64,000 bases of DNA from Eledone cirrhosa (lineage: Eukaryota): positions 139,810,001 through 139,874,000 of the forward strand of contig OZ024743.1 in the NCBI GenBank assembly GCA_964016885.1, written 5' to 3'. Positions within the stretch are counted from its first letter, which is position 1, and each line of letters starts with the position of its first letter. The position numbers were made by a program, and so were the translations under genes. Below are positions 44,810 through 57,500 of the stretch, one piece after another. The notes below the pieces were generated by a model that worked only from the letters and a program-made list of their open reading frames with translations, was not told where the DNA came from and searched no databases.

Positions 44810-47800
44810 AAACACCAAACACCAAGCACCAAACACCAGATACCAAGCACCAAGCACCAAACACCAAACACCAAGCACCAAGCACCAAACACCAAACAAC
44901 AAGCACCAGGCACCAAGCACCAAACACCAAACACCAAGCACCAAGCACCAAACACCAAACACCAAGCACGCAGCATCAAACACCAAGCACCAAGCACCAA
45001 GCACCAAACACCAAGCACCAAGCACTAAACACCAATCACCAAACACAAAGCACCAAGCACCAAACACCAAGCACCAAGCACCAAACACCAAGCACCAAGC
45101 ACCAAACACCAAACCACAAGCACCAAACACCAAACACCAAACCCCAAGCACCAAGCACCAAACACTAATCACCAAGCACCAAGCACCAAACAACAAGCAC
45201 CAAGCACCAAGCACCAGGCACCAAGCACCAAGCACCAAACACTAATCACCAAGCACCAAGCACCAAGCACCAAACACCAAGCACCAAGCACCAAGCACCA
45301 AACACCAAGCACCAAGCACCAAACACCAAACACCAAGATCCAAAGACCGAGCACCAAGCACCAAGCACCAAGCACCAAACAATAAGCACCAAGCACCAAA
45401 CACCAAGCACCAAGCACCAAACACCAACCACCCAGCACCAAGCACCAAGCACCAAACACCAAGCACCAAACACCAAACACCAAGCACCAAGCACCAAGCA
45501 CGAAGCACCAAACACCAAGCACCAAGCACTAAGCACCAAACACCAAGCCCCAAGCACCAAGCACCAAACACCAAACACCAAGCACCAAGCACCAAACACC
45601 AAGCACCAAGCACCAAGCACCTAGCACCAAACACCAAGCAGCAAGCAGCAAGCACCAAAGACCAAACACCAAGCACCAAGCACCAAACACCAAACACCAA
45701 GGACCAAACATCAAACACCAAGCACCAAGCACCAAACACCTAACACCAAGCACCAAGCACCAAGCACCAAGCACCAAGCACCGAACACCAAGCACCAAAC
45801 ACCAAGCACCAAACAACAAGCACCAAGCACCAAACACCAAGCACCAAACAACAAGCACCAAGCACCAAGCACCAAACACCAAGCACCAGGCTCCAAGCAC
45901 CAAACACCAAGCACCATGCACCAAGCACCAAGCCCCAAACACTTAACACCAAGCACCAAGCACGAAACACCAAGCACCAAAAACCAAACACCAAGCACCA
46001 ACTACTAAACACCAAGCACCAAGCACCAAACACCAAGCACCAAGCACCAATCACCAAACACCAAGAACCAAGCACCAAACACCAAGCACCAAGGACCAAG
46101 CAACAGGCATCAAGCACCAAGCACCAAACACAAAACACCAAGCACCAAGCACCAAGCAGCAAACACCAAGCATCAAACACCAAACACCAAACACCAAGCA
46201 CCAAACACCAAGCACCAACCACCAAACACCAAATCCCAAGCACCAAGCACCAAGCACCAAACACCAAACACCAAGCACCAAACACCAAACACCAAGCACC
46301 AAGCACCAAACACCAAACAACAAGCACCAGGCACCAAGCACCAAACACCAAACACCAAGCAAACAGCATCAAAGACCAAGCACCAAGCACCAAACACCAA
46401 ACACCAAGCACCAAACACCAGCCCCCAAGCACCAATCACCAAACACCAAACACCAAGCACTAAGCACCAAACACCAAACAACAAGCAGCAGGCACCAAAC
46501 ACCAAGCACCAAACACCAAGCACCAAGAACCAAGCAGCAAACACCAAGCACCAGGCACCAAGCACCAAACACCAAGCACCATGCACCAAGCACCAAGCCC
46601 CAAACACTTAACACCAAGCACCAAGCACCAAGCACCAAACTCCAATCACCAAAAACCAAACACCAAGCACCAAGTACCAAACACCAAGCACCAAGCACCA
46701 AACACCAAGCACCAAGCACCAAACACCAAATACCAAGAACCAAGCACCAAACACCAAGCACCAAGCACCAAGCACCAGGCACCAAGCACCAAGCACCAAA
46801 CACAAAACACCAAGCACCAAGCACCAAGCAGCAAACACCAAGCATCAAACACCAAACACCAAACACCAAGCACCAAACACCAAGCACCAAGCACCAAACA
46901 CCAAACACCAAGCACCAAGCACCAAGCACCAAACACCAAACACCAAGCACCAAACATCAGATACCAAGCACCAAGCACCAAACACCAAACACCAAGCATC
47001 AAGCACCAAACACCAAACAACAAGCACCAGGCACCAAGCACCAAACACCAAACACCAAGCACCAAGCACCAAACAACAAACACCAAGCATGCAGCATCAA
47101 ACACCAAGCACCAAGCACCAAGCACCAAACACCAAGCACCAAGCACCAAACACCAACCACCAAACACAAAGCACCAAGCACCAAACACCAAGTACCAAGC
47201 ACCAAACACCAAGCACCAAGCACAAACACCAAACCACAAGCACCAAACACCAAACCCCAAGCACCAAGCACCAAACACTAATCACCAAGCACCAAGCACC
47301 AAACAACAAGCACCAAGCAACAAGCACCAGGCACCAAGCACCAAGCACCAAACCTCTAATCACCAAGCACCAAGCACCAAGCACCAAGCACCAAACACCA
47401 AGCAGCAAGCAGCAAGCACCAAACACCAAACACCAAGCACCAAGCACCAAACACCAAGCACAAAGGACCAAACATCAAACACCAAGCACCAAGCACCAAA
47501 CACCTAACACCAAGCACCAAGCACCAAGCACCAAGCACCGAACACCAAGCACATAACACCAAGCACCAAACACCAAGAAACAAGCACCAAACACGAAGCA
47601 CCAGGCACCAAGCACCAAACACCAAGCACCATGCACCAAGCACCAAGCCCCAAACACTTAAAACCAAACACCAAGCACCAAACACCAGATACCAAGCACC
47701 AAGCACCAAACACCAAACACCAAGCACCAAGCACCAAACACCAAACAACAAGCACTAGGCACCAAGCACCAAACACCAAACACCAAGCACCAAGCACCAA

Positions 47801-50510
47801 ACACCAAACACCAAGCACGCAGCATCAAACACCAAGCACCAAGCACCAAGCACCAAACACCAAGCACCAAGCACTAAACACCAATCACCAAACACAAAGC
47901 ACCAAGCACCAAACACCAAGCACCAAGCACCAAACACCAAGCACCAAGCACCAAACACCAAACCACAAGCACCAAACACCAAACACCAAACCCCAAGCAC
48001 CAAGCACCAAACACTAATCACCAAGCACCAAGCACCAAACAACAAGCACCAAGCACCAAGCACCAGGCACCAAGCACCAAGCACCAAACACTAATCACCA
48101 AGCACCAAGCACCAAGCACCAAACACCAAGCACCAAGCACCAAGCACCAAAAAAAAGCACCAAGCACCAAACACCAAACACCAAGATCCAAAGACCGAGC
48201 ACCAAGCACCAAGCACCAAGCACCAAACAATAAGCACCAAGCACCAAACACCAAGCACCAAGCACCAAACACCAACCACCCAGCACCAAGCACCAAGCAC
48301 CAAACACCAAGCACCAAACACCAAACACCAAGCACCAAGCACCAAGCACGAAGCACCAAACACCAAGCACCAAGCACTAAGCACCAAACACCAAGCCCCA
48401 AGCACCAAGCACCAAACACCAAACACCAAGCACCAAGCACCAAACACCAAGCACCAAGCACCAAGCACCTAGCACCAAACACCAAGCAGCAAGCAGCAAG
48501 CACCAAAGACCAAACACCAAGCACCAAGCACCAAACACCAAACACCAAGGACCAAACATCAAACACCAAGCACCAAGCACCAAACACCTAACACCAAGCA
48601 CCAAGCACCAAGCACCAAGCACCAAGCACCGAACACCAAGCACCAAACACCAAGCACCAAACACCAAGCACCAAGCACCAAACACCAAGCACCAAACAAC
48701 AAGCACCAAGCACCAAGCACCAAACACCAAGCACCAGGCACCAAGCACCAAACACCAAGCACCATGCACCAAGCACCAAGCCCCAAACACTTAACACCAA
48801 GCACCAAGCACGAAACACCAAGCACCAAAAACCAAACACCAAGCACCAACTACTAAACACCAAGCACCAAGCACCAAACACCAAGCACCAAGCACCAATC
48901 ACCAAACACCAAGAACCAAGCACCAAACACCAAGCACCAAGGACCAAGCAACAGGCATCAAGCACCAAGCACCAAACACAAAACACCAAGCACCAAGCAC
49001 CAAGCAGCAAACACCAAGCATCAAACACCAAACACCAAACACCAAGCACCAAACACCAAGCACCAACCACCAAACACCAAATCCCAAGCACCAAGCACCA
49101 AGCACCAAACACCAAACACCAAGCACCAAACACCAAACACCAAGCACCAAGCACCAAACACCAAACAACAAGCACCAGGCACCAAGCACCAAACACCAAA
49201 CACCAAGCAAACAGCATCAAAGACCAAGCACCAAGCACCAAACACCAAACACCAAGCACCAAACACCAGCCCCCAAGCACCAATCACCAAACACCAAACA
49301 CCAAGCACTAAGCACCAAACACCAAACAACAAGCAGCAGGCACCAAACACCAAGCACCAAACACCAAGCACCAAGAACCAAGCAGCAAACACCAAGCACC
49401 AGGCACCAAGCACCAAACACCAAGCACCATGCACCAAGCACCAAGCCCCAAACACTTAACACCAAGCACCAAGCACCAAGCACCAAACTCCAATCACCAA
49501 AAACCAAACACCAAGCACCAAGTACCAAACACCAAGCACCAAGCACCAAACACCAAGCACCAAGCACCAATCACCAAATACCAAGAACCAAGCACCAAAC
49601 ACCAAGCACCAAGCACCAAGCACCAGGCACCAAGCACCAAGCACCAAACACAAAACACCAAGCACCAAGCACCAAGCAGCAAACACCAAGCATCAAACAC
49701 CAAACACCAAACACCAAGCACCAAACACCAAGCACCAAGCACCAAACACCAAACACCAAGCACCAAGCACCAAGCACCAAACACCAAACACCAAGCACCA
49801 AACATCAGATACCAAGCACCAAGCACCAAACACCAAACACCAAGCATCAAGCACCAAACACCAAACAACAAGCACCAGGCACCAAGCACCAAACACCAAA
49901 CACCAAGCACCAAGCACCAAACAACAAACACCAAGCATGCAGCATCAAACACCAAGCACCAAGCACCAAGCACCAAACACCAAGCACCAAGCACCAAACA
50001 CCAACCACCAAACACAAAGCACCAAGCACCAAACACCAAGTACCAAGCATCAAACACCAAGCACCAAGCACAAACACCAAACCACAAGCACCAAACACCA
50101 AACCCCAAGCACCAAGCACCAAACACTAATCACCAAGCACCAAGCACCAAACAACAAGCACCAAGCACCAAGCACCAGGCACCAAGCACCAAGCGCCAAA
50201 CACTAATCACCAAGCACCAAGCACCAAGCACCAAGCACCAAACACCAAGCAGCAAGCAGCAAGCACCAAACACCAAACACCAAGCACCAAGCACCAAACA
50301 CCAAGCACAAAGGACCAAACATCAAACACCAAGCACCAAGCACAAAACACCTAACACCAAGCACCAAGCACCAAGCACCAAGCACCGAACACCAAGCACA
50401 TAACACCAAGCACCAAACACCAAGAAACAAGCACCAAACACGAAGCACCAGGCACCAAGCACCAAACACCAAGCACCATGCACCAAGCACCAAGCCCCAA
50501 ACACTTAACA
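44810..50510. repeat. About 2848-bp tandem duplication
   Basis: ORF pairs 45529/48377, 45740..46435/48588..49283, 46173/49021 and 46646..47278/49494..50126 are offset by 2848. Confidence 0.9.
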
Positions 50511-51545
50511 CCAAGCACCAAGCACCAAACACCAATCACCAAAAACCAAACACCAAGCACCAAGTACCAAACACCAAGCACCAAGCACCAAACAACAAGC
50601 ACCAAGCACCAATCACCAAACACCAAGAACCAAGCACCAAACACCAAGCACCAAGCACCAAGCACCAGGAACCAAGCACCAAGCACCAAACACCAAACAC
50701 CAAGCATCAAGCACCATACACCAAACAACAAGCACCAGGCACCAAGCACCAAACACCAAACACCAAGCACCAAGCACCAAACAACAAACACCAAGCATGC
50801 AGCATCAAACACCAAGCACCAAGCACCAAGCACCAAACACCAAGCACCAAGCACCAAACACCAACCACCAAACACAAAGCACCAAGCACCAAACACCAAG
50901 TACCAAGCACCAAACACCAAGCACCAAGCACAAACACCAAACCACAAGCACCAAACACCAAACCCCAAGCACCAAGCACCAAACACTAATCACCAAGCAC
51001 CAAGCACCAAACAACAAGCACCAAGCACCAAGCACCAGGCACCAAGCACCAAGCACCAAACACTAATCACCAAGCACCAAGCACCAAGCACCAAGCACCA
51101 AACACCAAGCAGCAAGCAGCAAGCACCAAACACCAAACACCAAGCACCAAGCACCAAACACCAAGCACCAAGGACCAAACATCAAACACCAAGCACCAAG
51201 CACCAAACACATAACACCAAGCACCAAGCACCAAGCACCAAGCACCGAACACCAAGCACATAACACCAAGCACCAAACACCAAGAAACAAGCACCAAACA
51301 CGAAGCACCAGGCACCAAGCACCAAACACCAAGCCCCATGCACCCAGCACCAAGCCCCAAACACTTAACACCAAGCACCAAGCACCAAACACCAATCACC
51401 AAAAACCAAACACCAAGCACCAAGTTCCAAACACCAAGCACCAAGCACCAAACAACAAGCACCAAGCACCAATCACCAAACACCAAGAACCAAGCACCAA
51501 ACACCAAGCACCAAGCACCAAGCACCAGGAACCAAGCACCAAGCA
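49815..51545. repeat. 860-bp tandem duplication overlapping the end of the 2848-bp duplication
   Basis: ORF pairs 49847/50707, 49937/50797, 50203/51063 and 50478/51338. Private CACCAGG-AACCAAG occurs at about 50663 and about 51523. Confidence 0.9.
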
Positions 51546-54500
51546 CCAAACACAAATCACCAAGCACCAAGCACCAAGCAGCAAACACCAAGCATCAAAC
51601 ACCAAACACCAAACACCAAGCACCAAACACCAAGCACCAAGCACCAAACACGAAACACCAAGCACCAAGCACCAAGCACCAAACACCAAACACCAAGCAC
51701 CAAACACCAGATACCAAGCACCAAGCATCAAACACCAAACACCAAGCACCAAGCACCAAACACCAAACAACAAGCACCAGGCACCAAGCACCAAACACCA
51801 AACACCAAACACCAAGCACCAAGCACCAAACACCAAACACCAAGCACGCAGCATCAAACACCAAGCACCAAGCACCAAGCACCAAACACCAAGCACCAAA
51901 CACAAAGCACCAAGCACCAAACACCAAGCACCAAGCACCAAACACCAAGCACCAAGCACCAAACACCAAACCACAAGCACCAAACACCAAACACCAAACC
52001 CCAAGCACCAAGCACCAAACACTAATCACCAAGCACCAAGCACCAAACAACAAGCACCAAGCACCAAGCACCAGGCACCAAGCACCAAGCACCAAACACT
52101 AATCACCAAGCACCAAGCACCAAGCACCAAACACCAAGCACCAAGCACCAAGCACCAAACACCAAGCACCAAGCACCAAACACCAAACACCAAGATCCAA
52201 AGACCGAGCACCAAGCACCAAGCACCAAGCACCAAACAATAAGCAGCAAGCACCAAACACCAAGCACCAAGCACCAAACACCAACCACCCAGCACTAAGC
52301 ACCAAGCACCAAACACCAAGCACCAAACACCAAACACCAAGCACCAAGCACCAAGCACGAAGCACCAAACACCAAGCACCAAGCACTAAGCACCAAACAC
52401 CAAGCCCCAAGCACCAATCACCAAACACCAAACACCAAGCACCAAGCACCAAACACCAAGCACCAAGCACCAAGCACCTAGCACCAAACACCAAGCAGCA
52501 AGCAGCAAGCACCAAAGACCAAACACCAAGCACCAAGCACCAAACACCATGCACCAAGGACCAAACATCAAACACCAAGCACCAAGCACCAAAAACCTAA
52601 CACCAAGCACCAAGAACCAAGCACCAAGCACCGAACACCAAGCACCAAACACCAAGCACCAAACACCAAGCACCAAGCACCAAACACCAAGCACCAAACA
52701 ACAAGCACCAAGCACCAAGCACCAAACACCAAGCACCAGGCACCAAGCACCAAACACCAAGCACCATGCACCAAGCACCAAGCCCCAAACACTTAACACC
52801 AAGCACCAAGCACGAAACACCAAGCACCAAAAACCAAACACCAAGCACCAACTACTAAACACCAAGCACCAAGCACCAAACACCATGCACCAAGCACCAA
52901 TCACCAAACACCAAGAACCAAGCACCAAACACCAAGCACCAAGGACCAAGCAACAGGCACCAAGCAGCAAGCACCAAACACAAAACACCAAGCACCAAGC
53001 ACCAAGCAGCAAACACCAAGCATCAAACACCAAACACCAAACACCAAGCACCAAACACCAAGCACCAACCACCAAACACCAAATCCCAAGCACCAAGCAC
53101 CAAGCACCAAACACCAAACACCAAGCACCAAACACCAAACACCAAGCACCAAGCACCAAACACCAAACAACAAGCACCAGGCACCAAGCACCAAACACCA
53201 AACACCAAGCAAACAGCATCAAAGACCAAGCACCAAGCACCAAACACCAAACACCAAGCACCAAACACCAGCCCCCAAGCACCAATCACCAAACACCAAA
53301 CACCAAGCACTAAGCACCAAACACCAAACAACAAGCAGCAGGCACCAAGCACCAAGCACCAAGCACCAAACACCAAGCACCAAGCAGCAAGCACCAAACA
53401 CCAAGCACCAAGCACCAAGCACCAAGCACCAAGCACCAAACACCAAGCACCAAGCACCAAACAGCAAGCACCAAACACCAAGCACCAAACACCAAGCACC
53501 AAACACCAAACACATAGCACCAAGCACCAAACACCAAACACCAAGCACCAAGCACCAAACACCAAGCACCAAGCACCAAGCCCCTAGCACCAAACACCAA
53601 ACACCAAGCAAAAAGCACAAAACACCAAGCACCAATCACCAAACACCAAACACCAAGCAGCAAGCAGCAAGCACCAAACACCAAACACCAACCACCAAGC
53701 ACCAAATACCAAACACCAAGCACCAAGGACCAAACATCAAACACCAAGCACCAAGCACCAAACGCCTAACACCAAGCACCATGCACCAAGCACCAAGCAC
53801 CAAACACCAAACCACAAGCACCAAACACCAAACACCAAACCCCAAGCACCAAGCACCAAACACTAATCACCAAGCAGCAAGCACCAAACAACAAGCACCA
53901 AGCACCAAGCACCAGGCACCAAGCACCAAACACTAATCACCAAGCACCAAGCACCAAGCACCAAACACCAAGCACCAAGCACCAAGCACCAAACACCAAG
54001 CACCAAGCACCAAACACCAAACACCAAGATCCAAAGACCGAGCACCAAGCTCCAAGCACCAAGCACCAAACAATAAGCACCAAGCACCAAACACCAAGCA
54101 CCAAGCACCAAACACCAACCACCCAGCACCAAGCACCAAGCACCAAACACCAAGCACCAAACACCAAACACCAAGCACCAAGCACCAAGCACGAAGCACC
54201 AAACACCAAGCACCAAGCACTAAGCACCAAACACCAAGCCCCAAGCAGCAAGCACCAAACACCAAACACCAAGCACCAAGCACCAAACACCAAGCACCAA
54301 GCACCAAGCACCTAGCACCAAACACCAAGCAGCAAGCAGCAAGCACCAAACACCAAGCACCAAGGACCAAACATCAAACACCAAGCACCAAGCACCAAAC
54401 ACCTAACACCAAGCACCAAGCACCAAGCACCAAGCACCGAACACCAAGCACCAAACACCAAGCACCAAACACCAAGCACCAAGCACCAAACACCAAGCAC

Positions 54501-57500
54501 CAAACAACAAGCACCAAGCACCAAGCACCAAACACCAAGCACCAAGCACCAAACACCAAGCACCAAGGACCAAACATCAAACACCAAGCACCAAGCACCA
54601 AACACCTAACACCAAGCACCAAGCACCAAGCACCAAGCACCGAACACCAAGCACCAAACACCAAGCACCAAACACCAAGCACCAAGCACCAAACACCAAG
54701 CACCAAACAACAAGCACCAAGCACCAAGCACCAAACACCAAGCACCAGGCACCAAGCACCAAACACCAAGCACCATGCACCAAGCACCAAGCCCCAAACA
54801 CTTAACACCAAGCACCAAGCACGAAACACCAAGCACCAAAAACCAAACACCAAGCACCAACTACTAAACACCAAGCACCAAGCACCAAACACCAAGCACC
54901 AAGCACCAATCACCAAACACCAAGAACCAAGCACCAAACACCAAGCACCAAGGACGAAGCAACAGGCACCAAGCACCAAGCACCAAACACAAAACACCAA
55001 GCACCAAGCACCAAGCATCAAACACCAAGCATCAAACACCAAACACCAAACACCAAGCACCAAACACCAAGCACCAACCACCAAACACCAAACCCCAAGC
55101 ACCAACACCAAGCACCAAACACCAAACACCAAGCACCAAACACCAAACACCAAGCACCAAGCACCAAACACCAAACAACAAGCACCAGGCACCAAGCACC
55201 AAACACCAAACACCAAGCAAACAGCATCAAAGACCAAGCACCAAGCACCAAACACCAAACACCAAGCACCAAACACCAGCCCCCAAGCACCAATCACCAA
55301 ACACCAAACACCAAGCACTAAGCACCAAACACCAAACAACAAGCAGCAGGCACAAAGCACCAAGCACCAAGCACCAAACACCAAGCACCAAGCAGCAAGC
55401 ACCAAACACCAAGCACCAAGCACCAAGCACCAAGCACCAAGCACCAAACAGCAAGCACCAAGCACCAAACACCAAGCACCAAACACCAAGCACCAAACAC
55501 CAAGCACCAAACACCAAGCACCAAGCACCAAGCCCCTAGCACCAAACACAAAACACCAAGCAAAAAGCACAAAACACCAAGCACCAATCACCAAACACCA
55601 AACACCAAGCAGCAAGCAGCAAGCACCAAACACCAAACACCAAGCACCAAGCACCAAATACCAAACACCAAGCACCAAGGACCAAACATCAAACACCAAG
55701 CACCAAGCACCAAACACCAAGCACCAAGCACCAAGCCCCTAGCACCAAACACAAAACACCAAGCAAAAAGCACAAAACACCAAGCACCAATCACCAAACA
55801 CCAAACACCAAGCAGCAAGCAGCAAGCACCAAACACCAAACACCAAGCACCAAGCACCAAATACCAAACACCAAGCACCAAGGACCAAACATCAAACACC
55901 AAGCACCAAGCACCAAACGCCTAACACCAAGCACCAAGTACCAAGCACCAAGCACCAAACACCAAGCACCAATCACCAAACACCAAGCACCAAGCACCAA
56001 ACACCAAGCACCAGGCACCAAGCACCAAAAACCAAGCACCAAGCACCAAACACCAAGCACCAAACACAAAGCACCAAGCACCAAACACCAAACCCCAAGC
56101 ACCAAACACCAAGCACCAAACACCAAGCACCAAACACCAAACACATAGCACCAAGCACCAAACACCAAACACCAAGCACCAAGCACCAAACACCAAGCAC
56201 CAAGCACCAAGCCCCTAGCACCAAACACCAAACACCAAGCAAAAAGCACAAAACACCAAGCACCAATCACCAAACACCAAACACCAAGCAGCAAGCAGCA
56301 AGCACCAAACACCAAACACCAACCACCAAGCACCAAATACCAAACACCAAGCACCAAGGACCAAACATCAAACACCAAGCACCAAGCACCAAACGCCTAA
56401 CACCAAGCACCAAGCACCAAGCACCAAGCACCAAACACCAAACCACAAGCACCAAACACCAAACACCAAACCCCAAGCACCAAGCACCAAACACTAATCA
56501 CCAAGCAGCAAGCACCAAACAACAAGCACCAAGCACCAAGCACCAGGCACCAAGCACCAAGCACCAAACACTAATCACCAAGCACCAAGCACCAAGCACC
56601 AAACACCAAGCACCAAGCACCAAGCACCAAACACCAAGCACCAAGCACCAAACACCAAACACCAAGATCCAAAGACCGAGCACCAAGCTCCAAGCACCAA
56701 GCACCAAACAATAAGCACCAAGCACCAAACACCAAGCACCAAGCACCAAACACCAACCACCCAGCACCAAGCACCAAGCACCAAACACCAAGCACCAAAC
56801 ACCAAACACCAAGCACCAAGCACCAAGCACGAAGCACCAAACACCAAGCACCAAGCACTAAGCACCAAACACCAAACCCCAAGCAGCAAGCACCAAACAC
56901 CAAACACCAAGCACCAAGCACCAAACACCAAGCACCAAGCACCAAGCACCTAGCACCAAACACCAAGCAGCAAGCAGCAAGCACCAAAGACCAAACACCA
57001 AGCACCAAGCACCAAACACCAAGCACCAAGGACCAAACATCAAACACCAAGCACCAAGCACCAAACACCTAACACCAAGCACCAAGCACCAAGCACCAAG
57101 CACCGAACACCAAGCACCAAACACCAAGCACCAAACACCAAGCACCAAGCACCAAACACCAAGCACCAAACAACAAGCACCAAGCACCAAGCACCAAACA
57201 CCAAGCACCAGGCACCAAGCACCAAACACCAAGCACCATGCACCAAGCACCAAGCCCCAAACACTTAACACCAAGCACCAAGCACGAAACACCAAGCACC
57301 AAAAACCAAACACCAAGCACCAACTACTAAACACCAAGCACCAAGCACCAAACACCAAGCACCAAGCACCAATCACCAAACACCAAGAACCAAGCACCAA
57401 ACACCAAGCACCAAGGACCAAGCAACAGGCACCAAGCACCAAGCACCAAACACAAAACACCAAGCACCAAGCACCAAGCATCAAACACCAAGCATCAAAC

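Noticed and set aside
43425-45245. Long + strand ORFs (606 aa here, 575 aa at 15378..17105, 466 aa at 39191..40591) resembling mucin-like TKHQAPS repeat proteins
   Set aside because: A 7-bp repeat without T has no stop codons, so all three frames give the same peptide. Starts and stops come from chance variants (CACCATG, CACTAAT, CACCTAA), no frame is preferentially kept open, and there is no unique domain, signal peptide or splice context.
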